Shown here: positions 1 through 26,700 of the stretch, in pieces
How the letters are laid out: each line of letters starts with the position of its first letter
How positions within the stretch are numbered: the stretch's first letter is position 1
From: Ascidiella aspersa
Taxonomy: Eukaryota
Assembly: GCA_963924565.1 (NCBI GenBank)
Contig: OZ004607.1
Coordinates: forward strand, 22,878,001 to 22,942,000
Reading direction: 5' to 3'
Length of the DNA stretch: 64,000 nucleotides
The notes under the pieces: model-generated
Database searches by the model: none
Seen by the model: the letters and a program-made list of their open reading frames with translations, nothing else
Told to the model about the DNA's origin: nothing
Translations under genes and position numbers: made by a program

Positions 1-1332
1 CCTCATAGGGAAGACCACTTTGCTGTTTTACAGTGGAGTTTAAATGAATTTCGATCAACGGGAAACGAAAAAAAAAACGCATCACATATTCTAAAATTTA
101 TATTCACCGAAAATATAGGGCCAGGTTGTACAACCTTTATGGCGAACTAAAATCGTTGGGCGATTTTAAACATGATTTTTGCATTATTTAATCTTCTAAC
201 GAAGATATTACGCCATTGGTAATAATACTTTTCAGTTACATGTAAAACTGTGGCACTTATTTTTTTAAATGTCGGTGATATACAGGGTGGTCTAGTTTTC
301 CATCCTAACCTGAACATTTTTTAACCATAGCAAAACAACTTAAACACGTTTGCTGTTCTTGAGCACTCATCCTTGATTTAATCAAGTGGTTCTCAAACTG
401 GGGTCCCTGGGAAGGTTTGAAGGCGTCCGCACAACATCTCTTATTTTCAAGGCTCATAAGTTATAATAGTCGGGAGAAGATTTTTCTCATTTAATTTTAT
501 CAATACCAAATCTTTTTACAGCTTGTATCCAGTAAGCATAAATAACTAGTAATATGAGCAGTGAGCACCTAACTGAATGTTATATAATTAATTATTATTG
601 CACTGTATATTGTCCAACTTTGGCTGTTTTAAACACTACAGGGGTCCGATTTTTGTGATGCATCATGAATCCAAAGGGTTTAGAGATGATTTTGAGATCA
701 CAGCATAAATCTTTCATTTTGCTTAACCATGCATAATTAAACTAGATTACGCAAAATATCGCTCTGAGTGCATCTGTAATTACTTAACATCACCGGAACA
801 AAGTCAGTAGCCCAAAGTTTATTATATTATATCAATGACGACATAATATAAAACTGATAAATATATTTTTTAACCTGGGCAGCGCTGGGCATTTCTTCGA
901 GTAACACCTAAAACCGTAGGGCAAGGGTATGGGACAATTGGGCGCCGCTGTCTGGCGTCTCCATTTGTGCCCCGTTGTTTTGGCACCGGACTACTTGTCC
1001 TGGATTGGGATTAGTTTAGGATTTCAGTTCGGGTTAAAACTATCGGTGGAGTAGGAGATAAAATTAGAGATATCGTATGGTGTTAGGTAAGATGCTATTT
1101 CAATCTTATTTTGACTGTTTGGTTTTATTTCGCCAAGTTTAGATCTTATTCCAATTTAGATATTATTCCAACTAATAGTTATTAGACGCATTTTAGTTTT
1201 ATTCTGAGCTGTGCTTTATTCTGTCAATTAGCCTATATTATTCCCATATTATTGTAATTTCGGTCTTATTGTCCCGTTTTTAATCATAAAGGCAGTTCAT
1301 TTTGATAACGCGTTGTATTTTAAAGGCTTTAC

Positions 1333-2770
1333 CTGTATTTGGCACCCTTGTTCTGCTGCGCACATCAGATCGAACGCATGTGCCACTGAATATCCGATAG
1401 TCGTAACTCCGTGGTTGCCAGTCATTAAGATGTTCTTCTCTGCGTAAAGAAAATGAAGGCTATATTGCAAACAGAGTTTATTTTGATATAAAATATTTTG
1501 ATAATATAAAGAACACGGCGTTTAATTGGCAAGTGCAGAAATATGAGTTATTTAGAAGAAGCCTATATGAAAAGAGGAACTCACCAATTGAATTTTTTTA
1601 TAAAATGTTGGTATTATATTTTGGATAAAAGTTAGATAGATAAATATGATTATTGTTTGGAAAATTGATTCCTAGGGATTAAAGGTATACAAGATATAAA
1701 ACGTTTAAAATAAATCATGTACACACAGTGTTTTTTTAAGGTGTTTTGGGGGACCGAAACGGTCCCCCAAATTTTTCCAGCGGTTTCCCAAATTTTGGAC
1801 TTGCAACTTTTTGGTATTTAAATGAAACACTTGCGGTCCCTTAAAACTACTTAGCGGTCACTCAAACCAAACCTTAAAAAACCCTGCGTACACATAACTA
1901 CTTCTAACCTCCAAGACAGTCAAACCAGCGATCAAACTCTGTGGAATAATCTTTGCGGTTGTTGCTGAAATCGCGGTCGTATGCGATTTTCCCGTGAATT
2001 TCAATAGTAGTAACACTGATGTTGCGCACTCGGTAGTCATTCAGGCAACCTTTGGCATTATGAAAAACAAAACCCTACACTCAAAATGTTGCACGAACAA
2101 GTCGGTGTAACCAAGGAGATTGAAATTAAAAATATGAATAGAGCAGACCCTACAAACTTTGATTTTGATTAGTCTTACCCAGGGTTACTGCGTATGTAGG
2201 ATGACAGTGGAATATGGCTGTACAATCGACACGTCTTCGGTAAGCTGTTTGGTGGAAGTATATATCAGACTTGGTCAGTTTGGCTCGTCCTTCAACGATT
2301 TCACCCGTGGTTGGATCCATGGCCGCGATTGATTCTGGTGTCACTTCTAAAACATTGTTCAAACTGCTTTAAAAATCGATAATTTTTTAAAAAAAATTAA
2401 AGGTTATATACCATGCCAAAGGACACCATATGGTATCAAAAGTATGACGACGCTTTTTCCGGATTTTGAAAGAGCGAGTGCCGATACGTGGTTAAAAACT
2501 CCGTCGGTCAATCCTATCTTGTACCTACAAATAGAGTAATACTTACTAAGAAACACTATAATTTTGATAATAATGCAGTTTAGATGCAAGTTTATGTTTG
2601 TAAAAGCATAAATCTTAATGATATACCACATATTGTTACGTTTTTTATTTCAACACCACTTACCAGGCGAGCGCCCTGCAAGCGATGGCCAAATCTTTTC
2701 GAACAGTTTCATTGTTTCGAACATTGGTATTGGCATAGTTAAAGTTGCTATTTTCTGAACCAGGAGCCAT
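1333..2770 (-). CDS. Class II aldolase/adducin N-terminal domain protein (spliced; 3' end incomplete, possible further exon at 1-22 running off the window)
   Basis: Exons 2770-2664, 2524-2412, 2346-2179, 2049-1909 and 1439-1333 have GT-AG boundaries and consistent phases (2,1,1,1,0). Translation: MAPGSENSNF...VRKDLAIACRALAW YKIGLTDGVFNHVSA...LIPYGVLWHEVTPESIAAMD...FHQTAYRRRVDCTAIFHCHPTYAVTLG...KIAYDRDF...ILMTGNHGVTTIGYSVAHAFDLMCAAEQGCQIQ. The NHxS, HxH and NHG motifs are typical of class II aldolases. Confidence 0.88.
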
Positions 2771-5700
2771 TAAAATTTTATTTTTTTTGATAAAATAATT
2801 GACAAAAGTCTAAAAATGTTCAAAAACATGTTCATTTTCTCAAGTAAACATCAAATAGTATTATACTGACAAAAATGATTTTATCCTACCTGTTGTTGTT
2901 TGTTTTACCGTAACAAAACACCCAACGTTAATTTGAATAACAAATTAAAAAAATAGGCAAGAGCTTTGTGATATACCGCACATTTCGAAAATACTTAGGT
3001 TACGTTCCCCGAGAGCCGTTTATATGCGCAATTTCTATTTGTTTTCCCCGAGTTGGCCAGTTCCACGAATTTTCAACAACAAGTGATGCAATAATCAAAT
3101 TCAATTCCTGTGACGAGTGTATTTTAACCCAGATCTAAATCAACTTGTATAAATATATTCCCGGTCTGCCCTTCCTGCGGTTACTCAATTCAAACCACCG
3201 ACCTATTCTGGCAGTAAAAGCATTGAGCAATTTTCCCTTTTACAATTGCTTGGTTTGTGCGTTTCGTGGAACTTATTGTGAAAGTTGTTTGAAGGGGATT
3301 TCTACAAGACTTGCTCCAAGTGTAAAATAACATTTAAAAACAAAATTCCCCCATGATTTCGCCTTGCCTGCATCCTAATACGTCGTACTGAAACTTTCCC
3401 TTAAGGTAACTGGCAATCAATAACCGGTGTTACACGTCAGACAATTATTCAAAATGTTTTTTTTTAATTTACTATTTTTGAGAATACAGGCTTGTCGCGG
3501 TACAATAAACCAATAACTCAGTTAACTAAGTTTATGAAATATTTACGTGTAATCATTAACGAGGATTACGCCTAAAACGAGAAATGTGATTCAGCTTTTA
3601 TACTGCAAAAATAATGGAATAAACAGACTGTAGATCTGGGGTTCGCAATCTTTTTTACACCGTATAGCCACTTTAAAATTTTCGAGAAATCAATGATCCC
3701 CTTATGTTTTTTCATCGTTTTAAAAAAAATTAAGAAACGTTATTCCGCCTAAAAAAATGGTTTATCCAATAAACAGTAGTTAAAATGATAAAGTGATATA
3801 AATACAACGAAGAAAACTTTCATTATACTGTTTCCTTTTAGCAATGGTGGCCGTTGCACAAATTTTAAAATATTAATAATAATAAATCTAAAAGTAAAAC
3901 AAAGAAAGTAAACTCAGGATCAAAAAGTAGGTTATTGCTGTACTAGTATTTTTATTAGTTTTTAATATATTTCTTTTGGTATAGTGTAAATGATAAATTA
4001 ACAAAATATTTTTTCCCAAAAATTTAGTAGTCTAATTTGGTGGCATTATTCGGTTTTATATACATTGTCAAAAACTGCTTTGATTGCTATTCAAACCTTA
4101 TTGCGTAACTTAAGGTTTATGATACGAACAAGTAATCATATGTGGCTCGAATAAAGTTAAACCGCACAGAAATATAAACACACATAGAAACGTACTTTTT
4201 CTTTAAATTATTTTAAAATTATAGAAATCAACTGGTATTGAATTTATCCTTGAGCCCAGTGGATCTCAAACTCTAAAAAAAATACGCAACGGTTCCCTTA
4301 AAAACATACACAAGTTTAAAAAAATTAAAATTTGACTCGGACTAGGACTTCTGCAGTCTTAGATAGGCTTATCACCGTATTTAGTATTGTAACGCTTACG
4401 AAATCACTTTATTTGAGTGAAGCAATCACGAACAGTTTTGAAACCTTGGTTTGGAAAAGTAAGTTGCCTGAAAATTTAATTGCACAAAAAAAACTTTTTT
4501 TTAGGAGGCTCGTGTTGATTTTTTGTTAGGTGCTTCGCGGTCCCAGAAAATTGTTTTGCGGACCCCAGTTTGAGAATCACTGCTGATTTCACAATAAAAT
4601 GCCGACTAACTCCATTATTGTTTCTGGTACGTGACCTGGTTCGATATAAAAAGAACATGAAAGCATCTCAAAACGCATTATTTTTGAAATGAAATAATAA
4701 ATTTAGGAATTCTTTTTATGTTACGAAATGAGTTTTGCACATTTTGACTCTTGCAGTTTAACTTGGGAAAGTGCGTAATTTTTGTTGTTTACCTGTCAAA
4801 TTACTAGATATATCTTACCACAAATTTTCGATGCAGTCAAACATGGCCTGCACTTTCCTTAAAAACGATAGTTAAGTTAATTTAAATTAAAACAGGTAAC
4901 TTATGTCAACAAAGAAGCGAGATTCTATGTCTAATTAACATCATTTATTATAGAATTGTTTTGGTAAGGAAAATCTTAAAAATATGTTATTGTGCTACAT
5001 TCAATCTTTTTATTAACAAATAAATTGCAACATCTCAAGCTTAGGTGCGAGGCATTTGGCCATGCAAAACCCTTTTCTGCGTAGAGTTTTGGTTCAGAAA
5101 CGATAAGGTTTTTCAAACGTTACACCTTATTTTCGTTACTTTTCAGTTTTCTTTCTTCAAATGCATCTTTGTGCAGGTACGCAGCAGGACGTTCACTGTA
5201 CAGTTAAAACATGTCGCCGATAGTGGATCGCCTTGTCTACAACGCGCTTATATCCAGTATGTTAATTTCTCTTCAAATTGAAACATATAAAGCAGAATAC
5301 CTAAAATCCTAATTTTTTTTCACATTTTTTTAACATTTATTCAAGAATGAAATTTTTGAACACCAAAATTAAATATATCTTCTTGCATTTAAACTCAATT
5401 GGGATGTATTAAAGGTATAGAAAAGCATATACATAATTTTAACTCAGACAACTGAAGACTGCACACACTAATGGAATCTTCATTTATAGATCCTGTACTG
5501 TCATCTAGTGGAAGTTTATTTCTGGGTAGCTGGATGGCACAAGGCGAACATGCGAAAAACCATAAGCCAATTTTAATTTTGACTATTTGGCCACCTTACT
5601 TAAAACCAGGCCCTATGTAAAAAACAGATTTCTTCCATTTGTTTAACTACATTTTTTTAAATATCGTATTTTAAATATTTATACAAAGGTTGGGGCAAGC

Positions 5701-8700
5701 TTTTGTGTTTGTGGGGTGATTTTTTTAGTGTGACAGGTGGAAAAAGAGAGGATTAATGGATAACTCCTGAACAATAACGTTTATTTAAATAAAATAGTTT
5801 GTTTATTACATCAAGTAATTTATCAAGTTTGGCCAACAGAAATGTAATTTTTAAACTTTTTTTCCCTGACGTAAATCATATTTTCCTGTTTATTATTGAG
5901 TTACATGGACTTGAATGTTATAGGATACTTGTTATACACAATTGTGTTGCGTATTTTCAGGCCAAACGCGCCATCCACTATGCGGCAGGTTGCGACGTGT
6001 TAAAAATTCCAATAAATCGGGAAATATGTAAATCTCTTTTATCTGACCATTGCGTGACATACCTCTTTAAATTAAACAGTCACAAATTAAACTAAATAAA
6101 TGCATTTTTCCCGGCTTAATGCGATTAGAATTACCTTCAGTCGTCAATTTTGCGTACGAATTTGCTTGAGAACAGAAAATGTTTTTTAGAATATTTGTTT
6201 ATGACGCACGTGAGCCGCATTATGAAATTCTTTGTATGACGACATAAAAACTTTGTATGAAGACATAAAATTGATGAAAGTTTATTTTGGGGCAATCAGG
6301 CATATGTTGGGCTTCAAGTCTAGAGGCCACATTGTAACAAATAAAACCATGTTAACAAATGATGAATAACATGGAAATTAACAGCTGTGTCCTTTATTGT
6401 TTAAGGCTAAGCCATGTTGGACATTTGTTGTAGTTTGGTTCTTTGAAGCTGTAACAAATGCGGCGTTTTATGAAAAAAACTTAATTGACTGTTTGATCAC
6501 ATTGAAGAACGAAACTAAGTTTATGAGATATACCTCTCTTAAATTTTTCATACTAATGCCACAAAATATGTCTATGTTTTAAAATTGCATTTTTCATTGT
6601 AAAATCTAACTCCTCGTAGGTACAATATATCGGACCAAAATATCATGTTTTTTTGACGAAAATGATTTATTATTTTGATGTTCAGGCAGGAAAGTTTTCA
6701 AAAAAACGTATACATTTTAATAAGTTTATTGAAAAAAGGTTGAATTAAATAAGCGGTCCGCGACAAAATTTCAGTTTTAAACCGGTCCGCATTGCAAAAA
6801 AGGTTGCCGAACCCTCCAGGTACGTTTGAAAGGACAATCAGCTTCGCTTTAAGTTAGTTGTTACATTTCCACGTTCATGATACGCTAATGTTGTTGTTTA
6901 CTACCCTACGTAACAATAACCCGACGTAACAAAGGCTTTAGAATTGGCTTTGTTTTCTCAATTGTTATGTTTGCAGTTTATTTGCTAAATCAGTTTGAGA
7001 AGTAAGCTATGCTGTACCTTGCTAAGTAACTAATTGTTGGAATTTGCATTTAGCGAAACTAAAATAAAAAAGTACAACTGTGAAAAACTGTATGTAATTA
7101 AATAGACCCGCGTCACAAATAATTGGTAAGTTTAATTTACTCTGTGGATACCTTCATGTTCGTTGTTTAGCAGTTGACTTTCTTGTTTAGAAACGGCGCT
7201 TCGTCCTATCGTTCTGTCATCGTGACACATAAAAGTACTTTGTTGCCGTGTTACTTGCTTCGCTGCTACTTGTGTGAACTTGGCGTCATTACACCAGGAA
7301 TTGGAGACTGTCGTCATGGTACGTTAGGGCAAGGTGAGCGTTTTAACAACCCCCTTTGTGCGACTTAGCCTGCAGGTCGGCTGCTCAGAGTCTACATTAA
7401 TTACTCGAATAGTAATACAGAGGAACCAATAATAAGATTGTTTTAGATTTTGCTTTGTTGCTAAACTATAAAAGTTGTTGATTGGATGTATGTGGCTTTT
7501 TAAAACTGCTATTGCTACTTGTAGGACAATAAAGGTTTATACAATTTCACGTTGGCTGCGCTACTGGTACTATGGTGTTATTTTTAGCAAAAGGCAATAA
7601 ATCGCCGCAGATATTTGTAGGGAGAAAAAACGACGGCGCAAAATCTAAAGAACCCCCATAATTCCAACCTTTGTAAGGAGTCCCGTTACGGCAAACGTTG
7701 TGCTGCATTGCAGTACTTCCTGCAAAAGATTCATGTATAATAGGAACTGGGATTGAAAAGAGTTGAACAGCTAAACCGCATTCGGTGTTTATGCGTTTCC
7801 TGTATACTTCTACGAATGCTCTACATAAGGCTAACTAAAGTGGTTGGCCAATTTACCATTGCAGGTCAGCCTTACTGCCTGTGTTTAGCGTTTTTATCAA
7901 TATAATACGTGTGCAATTGGAAAGCACCCTTATTTACACCCATTGCCAATTCTTCCACTTGGTTGGATATCATATTTTAGAACAACAATGAATGTCTGAC
8001 AAAAAAGCGGGACCACAACGTTGACCTCGAGTGAATCGTGTATTGTAAAGAGGGCGCAATATTCATAATAGTAATGTTCGCAAAAAAAGATAGAGGCGAA
8101 AAAGTATTAACAACTGTATTAAAACATGTGCGCATAAAGAAAACCAATAGCAAAAATACAACCCGCCGGAGAAAGCGAGATCGGACGACTGTCAGGTGAC
8201 TCCGGTTGGGTGCGGGACAGAACATGATCACACGCAAAAAGGTTGAGTAGCAAAATTGCGGAGATGAAAAAACGGACGTCTCTTCGCCAAAGTTTGTGTA
8301 GAGTTTACGAGGCAAAACACGCTGTTTATTTATGCTGAACTGAGATGTAAGCAAAAACACGCCATATCAACCAAGTTAAATAAAGTAAGGACCACAAATA
8401 CAAGGATTTCAATCGATTTAACAATAAACAAAATATTGTACATGTATTTCAGATGCTATATCCACAATATATTTTATGGTTTCCCGGCTATAAAATAAAT
8501 CTACAACTGCCCCAATAAAAACAATCTTAGAATTGCTACTTACAGGAAGTCTACTGCATACCGCCATACACCAATCTCTAATATCTAAGATAATATAAAA
8601 TTAATATATCTGCGTCACATGTGATGGATCACAAATCACCAACAAATATTTCAGTCAAGTAAAAATGACAAAGCAGTTCTAATCGCTCAAAATATGATTG

Positions 8701-9735
8701 CTGTAGAGAACTGGAAATATTGGAGGGTATTTCCACTGGTAGATAAGAAAAAAACCTATTTATTTTAAAACCAAATGTATATTTCAAAAAACACAACTTA
8801 GTGCAAATGTAGACAGAAGTTTTTCTGCAGAACCATCTAGTAGTAGATTCAAGTAAACCCTTTGCATGTAAAGAGTCAAGAAGTTAATTATGCGCCGGCA
8901 GTGTTACAAAAAAATGTTTTGAGTAGTCAATAACAATCTGTATTATGTGGCATTGTGGACGCAAAATAGAGCAAGACGATAACTCCAAATTCCTTCTGGA
9001 ATATTGGTACACGTGATAGGGCTAAAAGAAGCTTCTTGTAAATATACCACACCATTAAGGATTATATTTAAAAATTGCGAGGTTTGCTTACTTATCTTCC
9101 ACGGATAATGCTATCCAACCTCCTATCGATGTCATATTATGAAACAGCAATCAAATGTAAAAATATACAAATTTAATGCTGCTTGTAATGAGTCGGTTGG
9201 AAATCGCAATTTGCTGATCTAAAATTGCTGCAAATGATCAGACGGCAAGGACGTTATAGCGCTAAAAGGGGTGTTGCCTTAACAGAGAAGACTCGAAAGT
9301 ATAACCATACACACAACAGATATTTCATTATCAGCGGTTACTGCAAGGGGTAAAATGTCGACGGTTGAGCACGGTAAAAGTATATAGCAGTAGGGCGGTG
9401 CACTTCGGACCACTGAAAATAAAATAGAACAGGTCAACGGTACTGCATTAATTGAAAAACGATCTTAGAATAGCAATAATATACAGCAGACACGAATAAA
9501 AGTACCGCATCAATTCACAAGCTTGCAGAGAGGCCTCGTAACCAAAGAGCCTGGAACTACTTTCCGCAGCATAAATTGGCTTTGGATGGACGGATCGAAC
9601 GACACGCCATCGGCGCTGCTTTAATACGTTTTAAGGCTGGTGCAATCTCTTGCAGGGAAAGTGGCTGCCACCTAAGGCAGCTCGAACAGTTACGACTTGA
9701 ATAATTGATCACTCTTGCGAGCCAAGCCCTGATGT

Positions 9736-20787
<11,052 letters not shown>

Positions 20788-23700
20788 CACGTCAAGTAGA
20801 ACTGCGATGCCAGCTAACCCAGTAACTGCAGCAAATAGATTACCTGAGGACGGTTTTATTAGTTCTTCTTTTATTACCCTTGATCACTGTTTTGATGAAG
20901 CCCAATTAAAACTTGCAAGTTGGTTTAACGTTAAGAAACAAAGTCACCAATACCTAAATCTGCTTGCAAAACAGTGTTAAGAATACGTTCTAAAAGGGAA
21001 GGATGTTAAACAAAAACCACAAAAGACGGCGTGTCTGGCTAACTACCTTACGTCAATTATTATATGTGAGATACCGGCTAGAATGTATTCATACAGTAAC
21101 GATATCCAAACAGTACTAGGACATCGCCATCTAACGTCCAACAAAAACAGACAAAACTAGCTTTGCATTGGCAAAGACAAAATAAACACAAAGTAACAGT
21201 TTGCTGATTACTAAATTATTGCCCAACATAAAATACCTTAACATGTGGCACCCGAACTCGGTCACAAGAATAATCGTTCATTGACATCACTTGACATAAC
21301 AGAAGCTAGTATTTACGACACTTTATATGTTGAGCAACCATTTGCCGAAAACATTTCTCTTTACATAGATACTGTGTACGGTAATTTTCTAAACCGTACA
21401 CGCTACTGCCGTGCCAAACGGCTGACTTACATGGTCTTACTCAATAGAACTGCGTACTGTCAATATAAACTGTGCAGCCAGTTGAGAATTTCCGCACCTC
21501 TGGTTTCACGTAGCGTTTGTCAGGCCAAACTAACGAAGTGGCATTTTAACTAAAGAAGAAGCTGCGCTATTACAGCGCGTTTATTAATTCGACACCTCAG
21601 TAAAAAAATCAGCTGTCTATGGTTGATGTTTCTTGCGACTGATTTCAAAGTCGCGCAACCTTAAGAAACCAAATGTCATCACCTCACTTGGTTCTGGTGA
21701 TTATTATTACCACCTGACTACTATCAGAGTGGGACGGAAGTAGTGCGTCAGATTAATCGACGAGCGAAGCTATCAAACTCGCGCTAATGTTTACCACTAA
21801 GAAACGGAAGTTTAATAGAAACAGAATGTCCTTCAAAATAATTTCATTTATAAAACTTTGAACAATTCAAATTTTATAAGTTTAACGATTTAGTTTGTTT
21901 TTAATTTTAAAGAAACAATTTCCAATAGAAAAATAAGGGTGATTTAGTAACTAGTTTTAAAAATATACAGAGGGACTAGGAAATATCAGTCGTTCGATTC
22001 TTGTATGTTGAACAGAACAACCAAATTACTAGTAGGACAGGGCTTGGGTCAATAAAGCGACATGCGAAAACGTATTAAGGTACAACGCGCCCTTACGCGA
22101 ACACAGACATCTATTGAGTGTTCTTCCATATATACATACATATATACATTTATACAACTGTTTCGCAAATTTTAGTATTTAGTTTTCTACAATTTTCATT
22201 ATTTTGCACGAAAAGGAGTCTGAAGTCGTGTACCGGTTAAACAAAAGACGACCTTGAAACAAAACAAAATGTAAAATTTGCCACTCAGCCGAGAAGCATA
22301 GACTCAACAGAGAAACAAAAGAAATGGAACCACACTTCAAATGAAGTTGGATAGACAAGGCACTGAAAGAGAGCATCACAGCTCCATTATGGGCAGTGAC
22401 AGCTGCTTGCCCTAGTACACAACAACTGGCCCGCTTGTGCACAGAACAGAGATCGCTCCCGTGGGGATAACTAGACGCCGCACGAAAACATCGCACACAA
22501 GCGAAAACTTTCGCGATCCTGTGGCACGAAGCCAGTTGTTTAATCGCAATGAACGCTGTGTGACGTCACGAAGATACAATATGAGGGACAAAAGCAGGGA
22601 AAAGCGTAAAAACGTTATTAATATTTAAAAATGCACTACCGTAGCCTGCATAGTTCACAATCAATAATAACAAAGCAACATACTTCATAAAAAAAATAAT
22701 AACAAGCAACATACTTCATGAAATATGGTAATATTATGCTATGCAAACTTCATATAGTAATACAGTCCAGACAACAAACATAAATTATTACATTTCAACT
22801 TTAAACAAAGCGGAACTTTCAATTGATGTAGTTTGACTAATAGAAACTAGGCTAAAAAGCAAGTTATAAAGTTTGATATGGTCTATAGAGACGACGCAGC
22901 ACCACAAATATAATATGCGTGATTAATTTCAGGCTATCGGAAATGATGCTTTATTTATTTAGCGTGCGTCACTTTACAAACTGTTGCAAACAGTTACCAC
23001 GTACCAACAGTAAAATTAGCGTGTAACGGCAACCGCATGCCCTGACTTTCACATGACAGCAGAACAGATTTTTACTTCGTTGCAACTGTTAATTCTATAA
23101 TGTAGGTGTGACGCTAGGATTTTCTTAGAAACAAAGACCTACCTTCAAAGTCCGTATGCACTTAAACCACTTAAAAAACGATATAAATATAAGATAGTGC
23201 TCACATACAAAACATAGTTTATGTGGCAAGTTTACGACTAAAACAATACGTATGTAGGGTGGCGATTTTATGACCTACGGGAGTTGTCAACTGCAGACGA
23301 TGATTAAAGTTGTCATACACTTTACGCAGGGCATTCGACAGGGTGTGTTGGCAATAAAGGCACATAAAATGAGTTTTTAGGGGACAGTAGAAACGCCAGG
23401 TATTGACCTGATTTACGACTTCTTAGATCCGTTGTTAGCCATATCTTCAAAACCACAGCATCATAACAATAACTCAATAAACCCTGGCGACCACCAGCGG
23501 TGTCAACATAAGATATGTTAAGATACATTTTACGAATAATGTTGAGCGGCGTGTATATCAGTTATTTTCCTATATTCATTTGAAATATATTTTAAATGTT
23601 TTAAAACTAAAATATATCTTGATTTAAAAAGCCTATTGAAATTAAGAAGCATCCGTATAAAAGAGATCATGAACGTTTAGCTAAATACAGGCTGTATATC

Positions 23701-26700
23701 CCACACAAAACGCTTACCTTTCACAAAAGCTGAAAAACAACTGCTTGAGATTGGTTAAAGCAAACACATGGGATCATAAATACGCTGATAAGCAAAACTG
23801 CAGATCTCTGGCTGTGTCTAAACAAGGAATTATGTGTAACGTGCTTTTGTTCGGTGCTCGATGAATTATTAATGCTGCAAAGAGGACTGACAAGAAAACC
23901 GCTATCGTATAGGACTATAGGTAAAGCAAATATATCATGAAGGCAATAAACAGTGCGACCGGGTTGAAGATGAACAGCTAGATGACAAGTGTTTGAAGAT
24001 TGTGTTGATGACGATATGCCACACAAAGCCATGAACTCAAAACAATGCATCTATTTTCGTAATCCACAAAACATAAAACTAAACTTTTTAGTTTATTAAA
24101 AATACGTCAAGCATCGAAGAACAACGTGGAAAGTTTCCAATGATACATACAAACGGACCATAATTTCGCATTCACCACCTAAACATACGTGTGAGCTTTT
24201 TATTCGTACATGGTTCTGACGTTTTGAGAAAAAAATGACGTAATGTCTCAATCACGATATTCTCCAAGACTAATAACACCATAAATCTGCTTTAAAACAT
24301 TATTTTAGCACAAAACCGGTAAATGCTTTTCCTTATCCGTACCACATTCCCATCTTTGCAAACGAAGGTACAAAATAGAAGAGCACATTCAGTGGTTTAC
24401 GAAAAACGACGCTGCACTGTTTCATACAAGTTGACAACAGTCACTAAAACGATAATGTAGCCACGGGGCAGATACACTAAACACCACCATTCAATTTATC
24501 GGTCCGGCTCATTGGGGCTGTCTTAGTGACACACAGCAGGTTCTGACATCGCCTGACGAATAGGAAACACTTTCAAAGAGCGGCAACTATTAGACAGCAA
24601 AGGGAGAGAAGCAGAAGTGCTCCACTTGGCCTCTTCGGGGAATTGCACAACAGGTCGAAGGAAATCTATTTATTGAAAATGCGCTAGCCTCAAAACGCCG
24701 CAGTTCTATACATATTCCTCCGAGAATTACAGGCGGTCCTCTTAGAGGTTTATTTTGGAAAACAAATTGTTTAAAATAAAACACTGAATATTTTACACCT
24801 GCCTTATCTTCGTTTATATGGTGCAAATAAGTAAAATCTTGAAACATGAAAATCGTTACGTACCTTACAATTTATTCGTTACTTTTTGTTAGTAAATCCT
24901 GAATATATGTAACCAAATCAAGTGCCCAGGTAATTCGCAGAGATTATAATTATATAGTTTCAAAAACATTCCAACAAAAAATACAACTGTAACGCACCTC
25001 TTGTGTGTTGAAGTATAACCACACAAGAGGCGACAGTAATCTTCGGTAGCGTTGACATTATACCAAGCGCGCATTATCGTGGCGCAGAAATTCACTTAAG
25101 GCCCTCTAGCCGCGTCACATGATATCAATAATGGAGAGAATTGATCCCCCCGGATTCATCTCTCCCTTCCGAGCATTATGACGTAAGGTGGCTAATACGA
25201 TGCCTCGCGAGGCAACCTATGGCCCAAGGGAATTAAAGGGCAGAAGATAAATCATTTTTGCTATCACGCTTTGACCGCTGCATTAAAAGATTCTTCGCTG
25301 ACTAACTATTGCAATATATTGACAACGCAATGCTTATGACAACAACACAACACCGTTTTATAATTACGACAGGTTTATTACAACAAACACAAAAATTTAA
25401 GTTCTTTTAAGTCCTAATATAATACTAAACAACAAAAGTTTTTAATGTATTAAATCTCTTTTTTTCAGCTGGTAGACTCCATTCTGTCAAGAAGCAAAGG
25501 AGGCCATCATCAATTTTAACCAACCAACACAAATTGAAATGCGGTTATGCAATTCGCACAAATTGTAGCTTCAGTATTTGTGCCTGTGTACGATGCAATT
25601 TTTATATGTTAACCTTACGATAACTTCAAGGAGCCCCGGTAATTCAGATCCACAACCCAGGATAAACGTATCTCAAAAAATAGCGCCGCGTGCGGCGTTA
25701 TAAATTTTGAAACAACTGGCACGTGGAGTCGGTAGAGCTTTATAACGCGTTGTGAAGTCAGCGCTAAAAAAACAAGTTTATTCTGTCACGCATTTGTACA
25801 AATAAGAAACAACGCACATGCCACATTGACTAGGTTTAACTAACAGATTTCCCACACTGATCGCTCCCTGGTATTAGAAGATAATAATTTTAAGATATAG
25901 TGGTATTAAAAGATATAGCATTTTCCATCTAAGTTGCATTTTTTTCAAGTAATTCATAGAACTTTCACAAAATATTTTGTTACAAAACACCATGACTATT
26001 GTTAGGTAAATACGTTATAGCTAAATGACTAAAACAAATTCGCGCAAACCGCAAAAAAGTCCTATTCCTGCCTACTGTAACCTTGCATGGATTGGTTATA
26101 TTATCCCGGTCAGGGACGAGGGAAAACTATAGTCAACTTTTACTATTTAAATTAAAAAAAAATTGTCCATTTTTACTATGTTTTTGTCGGTTTTGAAAAA
26201 AAAAATATTCAGCCCAACCTTCATGAAGGAAATGCAGTTATTTCTAACAGTATGTAAGTCACGTTTATGTGCCTAGTGCGTCACCTATTCTTTTATATTA
26301 AAAGTATTAGACGGTTTTTCTATGAACATTTTGCGCATGAGTTCGCTCAAAAAAATTTGGAAAAAATTTCTAGATCCGCCACTTATGGAGGTATCCATTA
26401 GCTGTACCCGATTGCCTTGACTAATTGTTTTAGACGAAAAGACAATACAAATCTTAACTCTAAAAGATTTAAACATTTTATTTAGTTACTTAACTACACA
26501 TGCGTACTTTATACAAAAAAAAAAAAAGAATAGGACAGTATAGAAGCAAACATGAACTTACAGAAAGCGGATAAAAAAATTAAAAACAATACTTATAAAG
26601 GTTAAATATTGTTGTAGAGTCTGTTTCTACTCGATTGCCAATTTAAGCACGCCATTTTGATGCCATATCGACCAAAATGGTAAACCGACCCGGAAAATAA

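Noticed and set aside
7977-9735. ORFs at 7977-8360 and 9557-9808
   Set aside because: They lie in the probable Rbfox 3' UTR or downstream region, or overlap the last exon out of frame, and show no coding signature. The poly(A) site could not be fixed confidently.
22396-22570. E-box (CAGCTG) plus CRE (TGACGTCA) cluster as an Rbfox muscle enhancer or promoter
   Set aside because: Plausible, but the short motifs are common in this window and cannot be supported from sequence alone.
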